From IMG/VR virus record IMGVR_UViG_3300046461_000123, positions 706-64,705 of that record: DNA of 64,000 nucleotides; one strand, 5' to 3'. Under the pieces are notes generated by a model. The model saw only the letters and a program-made list of their open reading frames with translations. It did no database searches and had not been told where the DNA came from. How positions within the stretch are numbered: the first letter of the stretch is position 1; each line of letters begins with the position of its first letter. The DNA is from a virus. Taxonomy: Duplodnaviria; Caudoviricetes. This document shows positions 46,819-56,523 of the stretch, one piece after another. The position numbers and the translations under genes are program-made.

Positions 46819-48806
46819 TGCTTCGCCTCCCCGTATCGCTCATGCACACCACCCTCTGCTGCCAGCGGGATACCGGGCATGTAGGGCGGTTCCTTCGTCA
46901 TCTGCCGCAGCACCCACGGCAGCGCCTTCGCACCATCTTCCTTGCGTGCCATCGCGGCCAGCTCGTCGTGCACGGTCAACACGACGGGCAGCCGGGTCTG
47001 CACGCGCAGCATGCCGTCAGACATCACGACACGCGCCAGCCCTTGCGTGACGTTGTTGGCCAGCACGCCAGGGTGCAGCGTCGTGCGCTTCTTGCCCTTC
47101 AGGTAGGTGTACTGGATACGGCCGCGCTCGTCCCTGCCCTGCTCCAGCGCGGGATACAGGATGCGCATGCCGTTGGGCAGGGTGATCGCTTCCTTGCTGA
47201 AGGTCAGGCACTTGTAGCTCACGGTCTCGCCACCGTACAGGCAGCGCGTGAGCATGTCGCCCAGGAACTTCCAGAACCTGACGACGGGCTCGGCCGTCTC
47301 GCGGTAGCGCTCGATGATCTCCTTGGCCACGATGCAATGGATCAGCAGCTCGTCGCGCGTGCAGGTGTGTGCGATGGTCGCTGCCCGCAGCATGTGCCAC
47401 TCGTTGCCGAGAAACTTCTGCGCCTTGGCCGCGCTGATGCCGAGCTGCTTGGCATCGACCATCGTGTAGCGCTTCGGTGGCGCCCCCAGGAAGCCCACCA
47501 GCAGCTGCGCAGCGAACGAAAGCCAGCCCAGCATGTACCCAGCCCCCAGCAGCGCACTCTTGGCGCTCTGGCGCAGCACCGGGTGCGTCTCCTTCGTCAT
47601 GCCCGGCACACCGAACATCTCCGCACCGAACACAGCGTAGACATCCGCGCCGGAGCGGAAGATGTCGAGCAGCGCTTTGTAATCGGCGAGGTAGGCCAGT
47701 ACGCGCGGCTCGATCTGCGACAGGTCGCCGACCACCACGACATACCCGTCAGGCGCCATGATTGCCTTGCGCAGCCGGCTGCCGCGCTTCATGTTCTGCA
47801 TGTTGATGTTCGAGCCCTTCGCTGCCTGCCAGCGTCCCGGCCCGGCGCCCCAGTAGTTCAACGGGATCGGCAGCAGCCCGCGCGAAGCGATGTCGATAAA
47901 GCGTTGCGCCCGCGTCCTGCCCTGCGTGGACTTGACGCGCAGCCGCGCCTCGCACAGCAGCGCCACGTTCTCGTTGTCGCCATTGAGCATCTGCTGGAAC
48001 AGCGCATCGTTCTTGGCGAAGGCATAGATCATGTTCGCCTTGTTGGCCGGCGAAGGCTTTGTCGGCGGATCCACGGCAAGCAGGCGCAGCACATCGGCGA
48101 ACGTGTCGTTGCTGGCCAGCTCCGACTCGGTGCGGCCGACCAGTGCCAGCGCCGCTGCAAGCGCATCGGTGTCGTCTTTCAGCGCCTCTTGCAGCAGCGT
48201 CACATCCAGCGTCAGCCAGGGCTTCGTGTACATGCGCACCGTCATGTCGATGAGCTTGAGCTCCGATGCAGGGAACGCCGGCAGCATGCGCAGGAGCAGC
48301 TCGATGCACAGCCACGTATCGTGCCGGCAGTAATCCGCCAGTGTTTGCTCCACAGCAAAGGGCAGCTCGTCGATGATGTTCTCGGACGGCGACAAGCCCT
48401 CCAGCTTCGGCGGCAGTTCATAGCGCTCGGCCAGTGTCTTCAGGCTGTTGCCTGCTTCCACGCCGTGCAGCGCGCGGCCCATGCTCAGTGTGTCGAACAC
48501 GAAGCATGGGTGCACACCGTGGTGCCAGAAGATCGCCGCCACGTCGAACGCCGCGTTCTGTGCAACGACTGCCGTCTTGCTCCAGTCGAAACGGGCGAAG
48601 AAGGCAGCCAGCTCCTTCGCGCGTACCCACACCTCGTGGTGCTCGCCCGTCTGCAGATCAACGACTGCCCACGACAGTCCCCACAGCTTGAAGCGTGGGT
48701 CGCGGATGTACTCCTCCATCGTCTGACTTGAAAAGCCCAAGCCGATAGCCCGGCCCCAGCTCGACTCAATATCCAAGCCAATGAGGGTTTCAAAAGGGCG
48801 GGCCAC
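46815..48806 (-). CDS. polA: Family A DNA polymerase with 3'-5' exonuclease
   Basis: Exo motifs LDIES, QNAAFD, YCRHD; motif A DLSQIEPR, motif B RQSAKSALLGAGY, motif C TVHDE. Confidence 0.95.
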   Translation of the reverse strand: MARPFETLIGLDIESSWGRAIGLGFSSQTMEEYIRDPRFKLWGLSWAVVDLQTGEHHEVWVRAKELAAFFARFDWSKTAVVAQNAAFDVAAIFWHHGVHPCFVFDTLSMGRALHGVEAGNSLKTLAERYELPPKLEGLSPSENIIDELPFAVEQTLADYCRHDTWLCIELLLRMLPAFPASELKLIDMTVRMYTKPWLTLDVTLLQEALKDDTDALAAALALVGRTESELASNDTFADVLRLLAVDPPTKPSPANKANMIYAFAKNDALFQQMLNGDNENVALLCEARLRVKSTQGRTRAQRFIDIASRGLLPIPLNYWGAGPGRWQAAKGSNINMQNMKRGSRLRKAIMAPDGYVVVVGDLSQIEPRVLAYLADYKALLDIFRSGADVYAVFGAEMFGVPGMTKETHPVLRQSAKSALLGAGYMLGWLSFAAQLLVGFLGAPPKRYTMVDAKQLGISAAKAQKFLGNEWHMLRAATIAHTCTRDELLIHCIVAKEIIERYRETAEPVVRFWKFLGDMLTRCLYGGETVSYKCLTFSKEAITLPNGMRILYPALEQGRDERGRIQYTYLKGKKRTTLHPGVLANNVTQGLARVVMSDGMLRVQTRLPVVLTVHDELAAMARKEDGAKALPWVLRQMTKEPPYMPGIPLAAEGGVHERYGEAKQ

Positions 48807-48808
48807 GG

Positions 48809-49096
48809 TCAGTGCCTCACTTCATCGGGTTGCGGCATGGCCGCGCTTATGACTGCCGCATGTGCCGCCAGGAAGCCCATCAGCATGTGGTGCGCATCGT
48901 GGGGGTTGGCGCACAGGCAGTGCGCCGTGACCACGGCGAACGCATCCGTGGCGCTGCTCGGCAAGACGCGCACCAGCACCGCGGGCAGCTGCGGCTGCTC
49001 GATGATCGTGATCACTTCCTCGATCACGCTGCGCATCAGCAGCTGCTGCTCGGGTGACAGCGCAGCGATGCGTGTGTTGAACTCATCAGCGTTCAT
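48809..49096 (-). CDS. Hypothetical protein
   Basis: 95 aa, AAGGAG RBS. Confidence 0.55.
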   Translation of the reverse strand: MNADEFNTRIAALSPEQQLLMRSVIEEVITIIEQPQLPAVLVRVLPSSATDAFAVVTAHCLCANPHDAHHMLMGFLAAHAAVISAAMPQPDEVRH

Positions 49097-49142
49097 GGTG
49101 ATTTACTCCTTTGCTCATCGCTCGGTAGGGTGACGCGAGTAT

Positions 49143-49544
49143 TCATGCGGGGATTCCTTTCTTTCGCAATGTAGGTGGCGCTATGTTGTCGGGGCTTTCT
49201 GCGCGTTGTGCCGGCCAGCAGTTCAACACTTTCCTGCCATTGCGCAGATTGATGATCGCGCGGGCAACGAGGTGCGTGTTGTCCTTGTGGATGAGCAGCA
49301 CCGCGCCGCCCGCGCGCATCACCGCTTCCGCGTGGTCGGTCTGCAGCGCGGTCGGTGGTTCCTTGTCGTCGCGCTTCGCCTCGATGCCCAGGTAGGCACC
49401 TGCAACGCAGCAGACGAAATCGAAGTTGCCCGACTTGCCATAGCCGTGGGTGGCGGGCATGTCGTACTGCACGTTGTGTGCAAGCAATACCTCCTTGATC
49501 CGATCTTTCACGGGTGCTTCAGTTGTGCGTATTGCTCTCATCAC
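49143..49544 (-). CDS. VRR-NUC nuclease/putative resolvase
   Basis: EAPVK, GYGKSGNFDF, GIEAKR, PTALQ, AGGAVLLI. Confidence 0.85.
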   Translation of the reverse strand: MMRAIRTTEAPVKDRIKEVLLAHNVQYDMPATHGYGKSGNFDFVCCVAGAYLGIEAKRDDKEPPTALQTDHAEAVMRAGGAVLLIHKDNTHLVARAIINLRNGRKVLNCWPAQRAESPDNIAPPTLRKKGIPA

Positions 49545-49825
49545 TGTTCCCTGAGTGCGCGCTTGATGTCGTGGAAAGCATTGTCTAGTGCTCGATGGTC
49601 GGACGGTGAGATGCCCATGAAATAGCGCACCGTCGTCCGTCCATGCTTGCAGTCCAACGCCAAGCTGTTGCTCCGCTGCTCCGTCTTCGTGACGGTGATT
49701 CCGGCGGCGCGAAGCCGCCGGATGAACTCCTTGTGCCAGCGGTTCACGAGTGGCTCAAGCGCGGCCAGTAGAACACGCTGCGCATGCCCAGCGCGTCCTC
49801 GCGGACGCTTTGAAGAGCGCGACAA
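49541..49825 (-). CDS. Hypothetical protein
   Basis: SPSDHRALDN motif; true start uncertain. Confidence 0.45.
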   Translation of the reverse strand: MSRSSKRPRGRAGHAQRVLLAALEPLVNRWHKEFIRRLRAAGITVTKTEQRSNSLALDCKHGRTTVRYFMGISPSDHRALDNAFHDIKRALREQ

Positions 49826-50049
49826 ACATCGTCGGCCAGCGTGAGGTCGGCAGCCGTAGCGCTATCCAGCCACTCGCGGAACTGCATACCCAGGTCGAAC
49901 ATCAGCGTAGTCAACGACGAGTCGCTGTTCTTGATGCTGACGCACTGCTCACCGCACATGCCACGTCCGCTGTACGCGTCGATGGTGTCGCCGTTGTTCT
50001 CGCAGTTCGCGATGAGAAGCTCGCGGGCAATCTGTTGTGCCTTGTCCAT
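49744..50049 (-). CDS. Hypothetical protein
   Basis: YSGRGMCGEQC...DALG...FYWP; GGAGG RBS. Confidence 0.65.
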   Translation of the reverse strand: MDKAQQIARELLIANCENNGDTIDAYSGRGMCGEQCVSIKNSDSSLTTLMFDLGMQFREWLDSATAADLTLADDVCRALQSVREDALGMRSVFYWPRLSHS

Positions 50050-50058
50050 GACACCTCC

Positions 50059-50928
50059 TCAGAACGAGAACTGGTCACGCAGATCGGAGACTTGCTTGCG
50101 CACCGCCTCGCGCTTGATCGGGTCGTCCCGCAGCGCCTGTGCCGTGGTGCCGTTCAGCGCCTTTTCCAGCGCGCTCGCCGCCTTGTCGATCTCGTGCCCG
50201 GCCAGCGCCGGCAGCGACTTGACCAGCGCGCACAGGTCGAACGCATTCGTCACCAGCGTGTCGTGGAAGCGGCGCTGCTTCAGCTCGCCGGTCTTCGCGT
50301 CCGTGTCGGACACGAGTCGATCCGCCATGCGCTCGAGATGCTCGCCGATGCGCTTGCTGATGTCGGCCAGCATCGCCTTCTCACGCGAGTTGTTGGTCGT
50401 CATCAAGCTCTTCTGCAGCTCGGCCATTGCCTCGTTGCCAACGTCTACCCGGAAGTCACCCGCGGCCGGCACCGGCTCGATGTCCAGCGTGACGCTGAAC
50501 TTCTCGGCGATCTGCGCAGCGCTCGGGTATTCCTCGCGCTTGAACATGTCGCCCAGAGCCATCGCCTGCGCGGTGATCAGGTGCGGGTAGGTGTCGATGA
50601 ACGAGGCGACAGCCGCGGTGAACTCGGCCATGTGGCCGCGCACTGCCTTGTCGAAGTCCACCAGCTTGAGCGTCGGCAACAGTCGCTGGCCGGAGTCGGT
50701 CCAGGGGAACGTGTTGTCGTACACGTAGTTGCGCATGCGCGTGGCGATCTGCGCGATGCCTTCCAGCTCGGGTCTGCCAGCCAGCAGGTTCTTGTTGACG
50801 CGCGCTGCGCCCTTGGACTTGGCGCCCTTGGACGCCTCGACTTCATCGGACACGCCGCGGTCGAGCTTGCGGGCCGTCCACTGCGAGACGGAGAGGGTGA
50901 CGATAACGGAGCATGAGTTCAGGTTCAT
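50059..50928 (-). CDS. Conserved phage protein (DUF3150-like)
   Basis: 289 aa; WTARKLD, TFPW...G..LLP, LGDMFKREEYPS. Confidence 0.65.
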   Translation of the reverse strand: MNLNSCSVIVTLSVSQWTARKLDRGVSDEVEASKGAKSKGAARVNKNLLAGRPELEGIAQIATRMRNYVYDNTFPWTDSGQRLLPTLKLVDFDKAVRGHMAEFTAAVASFIDTYPHLITAQAMALGDMFKREEYPSAAQIAEKFSVTLDIEPVPAAGDFRVDVGNEAMAELQKSLMTTNNSREKAMLADISKRIGEHLERMADRLVSDTDAKTGELKQRRFHDTLVTNAFDLCALVKSLPALAGHEIDKAASALEKALNGTTAQALRDDPIKREAVRKQVSDLRDQFSF

Positions 50929-50999
50929 GGTTCTCTTTCAAAGAATGCCGGCTTTGCCGGCGGGTGGGGAAACGGGTGTTGTTAGTATAACATTATACA

Positions 51000-51518
51000 T
51001 CATCGCACAAGCGGTTTTCCGGGAATTACGCTGGTTGGTGGATCTCCTCCAGGGGTTACTAGAATGGGTTCATCCGTGCGATGCATGTTGATCATGTGCA
51101 TGAACGCCTGTGCAGTGTGTTCTGCATCGGCGATGAGCGCCGGATCCGCGAGATCGCCCGTCACCGCCATGTGCGCCACGAACACGACACGGAACGTATC
51201 CGCCTCGCCGACGCGCAGCATGTGGCCCAGTTGCAGGATGAAGTGCTTGCTGCCGAACATGCTGCCAAGGACACGTACGGCAGTCAGCGCCTGTCCGCGC
51301 CACGGTCCGTCAAGCACACGGTTCGTGGCCACGCGTATCGGCACGAGTTCCTGCAGCTTGGTCACGCTGTTCATCTCCGTCGCCCGCGCCGGGTCGGGGA
51401 TGAGCGCCGTCATGGGGCGTGCCATGCGCGGGAGCTGCACCGTCTGTCGCCCTTGACGTGCAGCCATCGCCTCCTGCATTACCTGCATCGCGGTCTTGCC
51501 GCCGGTTGGTACGGTCAT
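51000..51518 (-). CDS. Hypothetical protein
   Basis: 172 aa, GGAGG RBS; NRVLDGPWRG resembles NRVLAGGWKG of the next gene. Confidence 0.55.
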   Translation of the reverse strand: MTVPTGGKTAMQVMQEAMAARQGRQTVQLPRMARPMTALIPDPARATEMNSVTKLQELVPIRVATNRVLDGPWRGQALTAVRVLGSMFGSKHFILQLGHMLRVGEADTFRVVFVAHMAVTGDLADPALIADAEHTAQAFMHMINMHRTDEPILVTPGGDPPTSVIPGKPLVR

Positions 51519-51823
51519 GCTGCCTCCTTCAAACGACACGCGTTGAGCATGTGCAGGTAGTTCGTGGCCACGGCATGCACCTCGTTCACCACGCGCGGAT
51601 TGCGCCCGTCCTCCGTCAGCGGGATGGAGTAGTACACGACGAACCACAGCTTCTCCATGCTACGGAACGAGATGTAGAAACCATTGCCCGTGTCCGGATC
51701 GAGCGCAAGATCGTAGTGAGTCAGCTGGGAGCCTTTCCAGCCCCCGGCAAGCACACGGTTCGAGACCGCGTGCACGGGCTGGAGTGGATAGGCCCGCGCC
51801 ACGGCTCTTAGCGGGATGCTCAC
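51515..51823 (-). CDS. Hypothetical protein
   Basis: GTG start coupled to VWA gene stop. Confidence 0.5.
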   Translation of the reverse strand: MSIPLRAVARAYPLQPVHAVSNRVLAGGWKGSQLTHYDLALDPDTGNGFYISFRSMEKLWFVVYYSIPLTEDGRNPRVVNEVHAVATNYLHMLNACRLKEAA

Positions 51824-53010
51824 AACAGCGACTCCTTGCCGATGCGCAGCAACTGCCCGCGCAGCGGCCGGAACCGCGCGTTGCCGACCACGCCCCATAG
51901 CAGCGGCCCTGCCGGGCACTCGTACTCCGACTCGATCTCGCCATCCGTGAGGATGATCGTGGCCTGCGGTGTGATGCCGTGCTTGCGCATGTACTGCGCA
52001 ACACAGCTCACCGTGGTGCCACCACCGCCCTTGGCGTCCAGCTTGTCCTTCAGCTGCGGGTAGTCCACCGGGAAGAAAGTCTGCACGCCGGCCACCCTGG
52101 TATCCCACCAGATGACCTTCACCTCGCGCGGCTGCACCTGCTCGCATACACGCCCGATCTCGCCGAAGATGCGTGCGTAGTAGCTGCGCATCGATCCCGA
52201 CGTGTCGCACGCCACCACCAGCTCGCCCGCGGTCTCGGTGTAGTGCGACGGCAGCAGGATGCCCAGCGGACGGAACAACTTGTTCGGCGGGCACCAGCGC
52301 GACTGCTCGTCGCCCTCCATCACGTCCTGCATGAACTGGCGCAAGGGCTCGCGCCAGTCCGTCTCGGTGCGCTCGAACCCCTTGAGCGATGCCGCGCCCG
52401 CCCCCTCGCCGCGCAGGCGCGAACTGGTGATCTCGCCCTGCACGCGCGCGTCGTCGATCATCTGCTCTTCGGCTGCCGCTGCCGCCGCATCGCCATCGCC
52501 CGGCTGGCGCTGCGTGTGCTCGTCCATAGGCTTGCCGTTGCCGCCACCTCCCGGTGGCTTGTTGCGGATCAGATCCGCGAGCACTTCAAGGCAGGACATG
52601 TCCCGGTATTTCTCATCGAGCAGCGGCGGGTAATCGGTCGGTCGCTGCACGAAGCCCCGTCCCTTGTCCATGTCCTCAACCATGAGGTTGACAACGTAGT
52701 CAACCGCTTGCCCCGACTCGTCAGGGTGCTGCTTGAACGCTGCGTTGTACAACGTGCAGTGCATGAGCATCTTGTGCATCTGCTCGTGCGTCACGACATA
52801 GCGCAGCTGCTCGCGCGTCATGCTCATGATCCAGCGCTCGTTGTACCAGCAGTCCAGCCCGTCTGTCCTGGCTGTCGGGCATTCGGGACCGGCAATGCGC
52901 GCGATGCCGAGCTGCGTCGTGGGGCCTACCCGGCTGTACTCCGGGTCGCGCATCAGGTCCAGATGAACGGCACTGATGCGCTCGCTTGGTGTCAGGTCTT
53001 TGTATGCCAT
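51820..53010 (-). CDS. HExxH metallopeptidase + VWA domain protein (DUF2201-like)
   Basis: TARTDG, THEQMH, MIDAS DTSGSM, GGGGT, ILTDG. Confidence 0.88.
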   Translation of the reverse strand: MAYKDLTPSERISAVHLDLMRDPEYSRVGPTTQLGIARIAGPECPTARTDGLDCWYNERWIMSMTREQLRYVVTHEQMHKMLMHCTLYNAAFKQHPDESGQAVDYVVNLMVEDMDKGRGFVQRPTDYPPLLDEKYRDMSCLEVLADLIRNKPPGGGGNGKPMDEHTQRQPGDGDAAAAAAEEQMIDDARVQGEITSSRLRGEGAGAASLKGFERTETDWREPLRQFMQDVMEGDEQSRWCPPNKLFRPLGILLPSHYTETAGELVVACDTSGSMRSYYARIFGEIGRVCEQVQPREVKVIWWDTRVAGVQTFFPVDYPQLKDKLDAKGGGGTTVSCVAQYMRKHGITPQATIILTDGEIESEYECPAGPLLWGVVGNARFRPLRGQLLRIGKESLL

Positions 53011-53018
53011 GTTCCCTC

Positions 53019-54140
53019 CTACGCGTTGAGGATGTTGAGGTTCTTGGTCAGCATCGCCGTGAACGTACCGCTGCGCGAGAACAAGCCCATCTTCTTGGCG
53101 TTGTGCGACACGTTGCTCGTGAACAGCAGCCCCGCCTCGCCCGGCATGCGCTTGATGTACTTCGACACCGCATCCGCCTCGCTCGTGCTCGTCGTCTGCG
53201 TGATGAGCTTGAAGCACAGCATCACCAGCGCGCCAGGGTTCTGCGGCACCACCGTGCCCTGCGGGTCGTTGCAGATGGCGCCGAACGCCGGCAACGACTT
53301 GCCGAAGCGCACGTAGGTCATCATCAACGCCGCGAAGGCGCGGCCGATCGTGCCGGCCAGCGTGGTCTCGAGCGTGTACTCGTCCAAGTTGCCGCCCTTG
53401 TTGAGCACGTCGCTGGTCGCATGCAGGCTGCGCCCTGTCACCCACTTGTCCTGCGTTGCCCGCGGGTTGAAGATGTACGGGTTGTTGCGCGACAGGTCCG
53501 AGCCGTGCTTCGGCCCGCCCTGCTCGTAGTCCATGAAGGACTCGAACACCTGCGGGTACTCCTGCACGCACGCAATGACGGCAGCATGCAGCCCCTTCGG
53601 GAGCGCGAAGTTCTCCGTCCACTCCTTCGCGGTCGGCTTGCGCAGCGTCACGTCAATCACCCGGTCGCGCAGGTGCGCCTGCATCGTGTCGCCGAGCCCC
53701 TCCGCGCTCAGGTTCGTGCACGCGAAGACGATGCTACCCGCCGGCATGTGGTAGTCACCGATGCGTCGCTCGTAGATGATCGGCGCCAGCGTGTCCTTGA
53801 TGGATTGCCGCGCCTTCGCGATCTCATCCAGGCAGATCAACACCGGACGGCTGCCGTCGATGCCCTTGCGATTCAGGTTGCTGACACCGAAGCGCTCGTT
53901 CGGCAGCTCGCGCGACACGCCCGCCTCGCGGTCGATGTCCGGCACCCACACCGAGCCATCGCTCAACTGCGTGCAGTCGATCGGGTTGACGACGTGGTAG
54001 TTCGCGAAGGCCGGGTCCGCCGCCATCGCATAGAGGATGGACGTTTTGCCCAGGCCCGCCTCGCCGCGCACGAGAACGGTACGGTCGGCGCCGACGGCGC
54101 TGATCAGATCAAAGACTTGCTTGTGGTTCAGGGTGTTCAT
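53019..54140 (-). CDS. MoxR-like AAA+ ATPase
   Basis: GEAGLGKT, ICLDE, ACTN, LRDR; adjacent to VWA gene. Confidence 0.88.
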   Translation of the reverse strand: MNTLNHKQVFDLISAVGADRTVLVRGEAGLGKTSILYAMAADPAFANYHVVNPIDCTQLSDGSVWVPDIDREAGVSRELPNERFGVSNLNRKGIDGSRPVLICLDEIAKARQSIKDTLAPIIYERRIGDYHMPAGSIVFACTNLSAEGLGDTMQAHLRDRVIDVTLRKPTAKEWTENFALPKGLHAAVIACVQEYPQVFESFMDYEQGGPKHGSDLSRNNPYIFNPRATQDKWVTGRSLHATSDVLNKGGNLDEYTLETTLAGTIGRAFAALMMTYVRFGKSLPAFGAICNDPQGTVVPQNPGALVMLCFKLITQTTSTSEADAVSKYIKRMPGEAGLLFTSNVSHNAKKMGLFSRSGTFTAMLTKNLNILNA

Positions 54141-54387
54141 GGTTCAGCTTTCTTTCGTTGTGTTGGCCGACAGTTGCAGGCCGAGGTAGTCAGCGCTGAT
54201 GCGCAGGAAACGAGCGATGGTTTCGCTCACGAGTAGATCCTCCAGAAGATGATGCACAGCACGATGAGTGCCAGCAACAGGACGAAAAACCCGCCGAGGC
54301 GGCGGGGGCGAGAGTAGTGCGTGGCAAGCCCTTGCCAGATACGCACTTTGGACTTGCGCGAGAAGCGCTTGGCTGCAGGAGTTTGCT

Positions 54388-54891
54388 TCACTTGGACTTC
54401 TTCTCTTGCAGGGTCAGCGCATCCATTCGTGTACGAACGGCTACGCCGAAGTCATGGTAGTAGCGGTCGGTCATGTACTCGGGGCTCGTCGTCAGCAGTT
54501 GCAGCAACTGCAGCGCACTCATGCGCGAGATCGACACTTGTAACGCAGCATCAGTCGTGGCGACTCGCTTCTTCCGGTGCGCATACCAGCCTTCGTGCGG
54601 GCCGGTGTCGTACCATTCGCCGTGCTCCAGCAGGTAGTCGTTCATCGCTTCGCTGAGCACAGCGATGTCCGCGTTCTTGGCGCCTTCGTCGGCCACTATC
54701 TTGAACGGCTCGACGGGCGAGCGTGACACCTTGCCGGTGTCACGCCACTCCACATCGCAGTCGAACCACCAGCCATCGAGCGAGCGCCCGGCGCGTGCAC
54801 GGCACTGCTGGTGCGTGATGCCGTGCACCAGCTTGATGACGCCGCCCCACTTGTGGAACAGGTTGGTCGTCGGGGTGTACGGGAACTTCAT
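54388..54891 (-). CDS. Hypothetical protein
   Basis: 167 aa from MKFPYTP. Confidence 0.5.
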   Translation of the reverse strand: MKFPYTPTTNLFHKWGGVIKLVHGITHQQCRARAGRSLDGWWFDCDVEWRDTGKVSRSPVEPFKIVADEGAKNADIAVLSEAMNDYLLEHGEWYDTGPHEGWYAHRKKRVATTDAALQVSISRMSALQLLQLLTTSPEYMTDRYYHDFGVAVRTRMDALTLQEKKSK

Positions 54892-55409
54892 GGACGCCTC
54901 ACTTTCAGCGCCTTGATCCCGGCCTCGTTGATGGTGTACTTGTGATCCCCCTTGTCCACGAGGCAGCGCTGCACCAGCGAATCGAGAATGCGCTGCGTGC
55001 CGCTGACGTTGTTCCACACCCAGCCGCAGCCGTTGTCGTGCCAGCCCTTGTGCTCAACCAGTCCACGCAGCACGCTGCGCTGCGTCAGGCCGAGTACTCG
55101 CTTGCTCGGCTTGGGCTTTGGTTTCGGCTTGGGCACTGCCGGCGCGATGCCCATGCGCTTTTGCGCGTCTGCATTGGGGATGCTGCGGGAGCTGACGTAT
55201 TGCACCACGCCCATCTCGCGCCCTTCGTCAACGTGCTTGAACTCCACGTCGCTCTCGATGAGACGTTCCAGCAAGCGCGCGCGTGCGTGCCCCGCGGACT
55301 CGCCGACAACGAGATACTGGTTCACCCAGTGACGTGCGCGATACCCCTTGAGCACCACGTCGAATTGGTATAGCTGCGCGTTGAATTGCCGTATCTGTAC
55401 GCTGTTCAT
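54888..55409 (-). CDS. Hypothetical protein with winged-helix-like C-terminus
   Basis: RILDSLVQRCLVDK...YTINEAGIKAL; PKPKPKP linker. Confidence 0.55.
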   Translation of the reverse strand: MNSVQIRQFNAQLYQFDVVLKGYRARHWVNQYLVVGESAGHARARLLERLIESDVEFKHVDEGREMGVVQYVSSRSIPNADAQKRMGIAPAVPKPKPKPKPSKRVLGLTQRSVLRGLVEHKGWHDNGCGWVWNNVSGTQRILDSLVQRCLVDKGDHKYTINEAGIKALKVRRP

Positions 55410-55425
55410 GCCTGCACTCCTTTGG

Positions 55426-55620
55426 TCAGGCTTGGCTGTTGCGCACGTTGTTGATGGCATGCATCAACCGGGGCGTGTCGAACTGCGTGCCGTCGTAACG
55501 GGCCAGCTCGCGCAGCAGGAATGCTGCGCTGCGCAGGTTGTCCCGCACGCCGGTGCTCAGCAGGTGCAGGTCTGCCAATGTCTCGGCGTTGTTGGCAATC
55601 TCTTGTAGTCGATCAGGCAT
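55426..55620 (-). CDS. Hypothetical protein
   Basis: 64 aa, AAGGA RBS. Confidence 0.5.
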   Translation of the reverse strand: MPDRLQEIANNAETLADLHLLSTGVRDNLRSAAFLLRELARYDGTQFDTPRLMHAINNVRNSQA

Positions 55621-55655
55621 GGTTCTTTCCTTTTTGCTTCGGTGAATGTGTAGCA

Positions 55656-56024
55656 TTATACATCACTATTATGAGGCAGCAACTCCACAGGTATGTCTAC
55701 CACGTCGCCTCTCTGGCTGGCGGCATAGCAGCGCATCGCCGCGATGAGCGGGGTGCGTCCGCGATACGCATGGTGGCGCTGTGTGAAGTTGGACTCGTCT
55801 GCCCTGGCAGCACGCCACACCGGATCGAACGGCTCGATGCAGATGCGCTCCCGCGCAATGATCGGACCGCCGTCAGCCCAGTTGCTCGAGAAGGCGGGGA
55901 TGGCGCGCGTCGCAGGGTTCGGGTTCGTCAGCTGACGCCGCAGCCAGTCGATCTCGTAGCCCTCGCATTGCGCCACCGCCCAGTCAAGGGCGGCGCCGCT
56001 CAGTGTACCGATCGAGACCTTCAT
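55656..56024 (-). CDS. NinX/DUF2591-family phage protein
   Basis: LSGAALDWAVA...WADGGPIIARERI...GRTPLIAAMRC. Confidence 0.8.
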   Translation of the reverse strand: MKVSIGTLSGAALDWAVAQCEGYEIDWLRRQLTNPNPATRAIPAFSSNWADGGPIIARERICIEPFDPVWRAARADESNFTQRHHAYRGRTPLIAAMRCYAASQRGDVVDIPVELLPHNSDV

Positions 56025-56278
56025 GAGTGGAACTCGAAGTCAGCGCCACGCTCGCGCTGGATCATGCCGATGGTGATGCGGTGCTCGCCCAGCGCGTTGC
56101 GGATGACGATCAGCCACTCGATCCAGCCCGTCTGCGGGTTGCGTTCGGACGGGATCACCTCCGCAGTGGTCGTGGTGAATTCCTCGGACTCGCTCAGCAT
56201 GCGCAGGACGCGCAGGTTCGCTGCGGCATAGGCCGCGATTTCGCCCTTGGGCGGTTCGGACAGGTAGTGGATTTTCAT
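56021..56278 (-). CDS. Hypothetical protein
   Basis: 85 aa, coupled. Confidence 0.55.
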   Translation of the reverse strand: MKIHYLSEPPKGEIAAYAAANLRVLRMLSESEEFTTTTAEVIPSERNPQTGWIEWLIVIRNALGEHRITIGMIQRERGADFEFHS

Positions 56279-56478
56279 GATGCTGATGATGCGTTGAGCT
56301 TCTTGCAGAGGGTGTTGATCTCGTGCGTGTCCAGGGGCGCCTCGCCCGTGTCGGCGGCGATGGCGAGGATGTCGTCGGGGATCGACGTGCCCGTGACGAG
56401 CATGGACTCGTACAGGCGCAGCGCAGCGAGCACGGTGTCCCGGCTGCGCATGTCAAGGGTGATGGTTCTGAACTTCAT
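56275..56478 (-). CDS. Hypothetical protein
   Basis: 67 aa, AAGGAG RBS. Confidence 0.6.
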   Translation of the reverse strand: MKFRTITLDMRSRDTVLAALRLYESMLVTGTSIPDDILAIAADTGEAPLDTHEINTLCKKLNASSAS

Positions 56479-56523
56479 CTCGGTTCTCCTTCGGTTGTGG
56501 TTGACGGGATGTCAACCGGGTTG

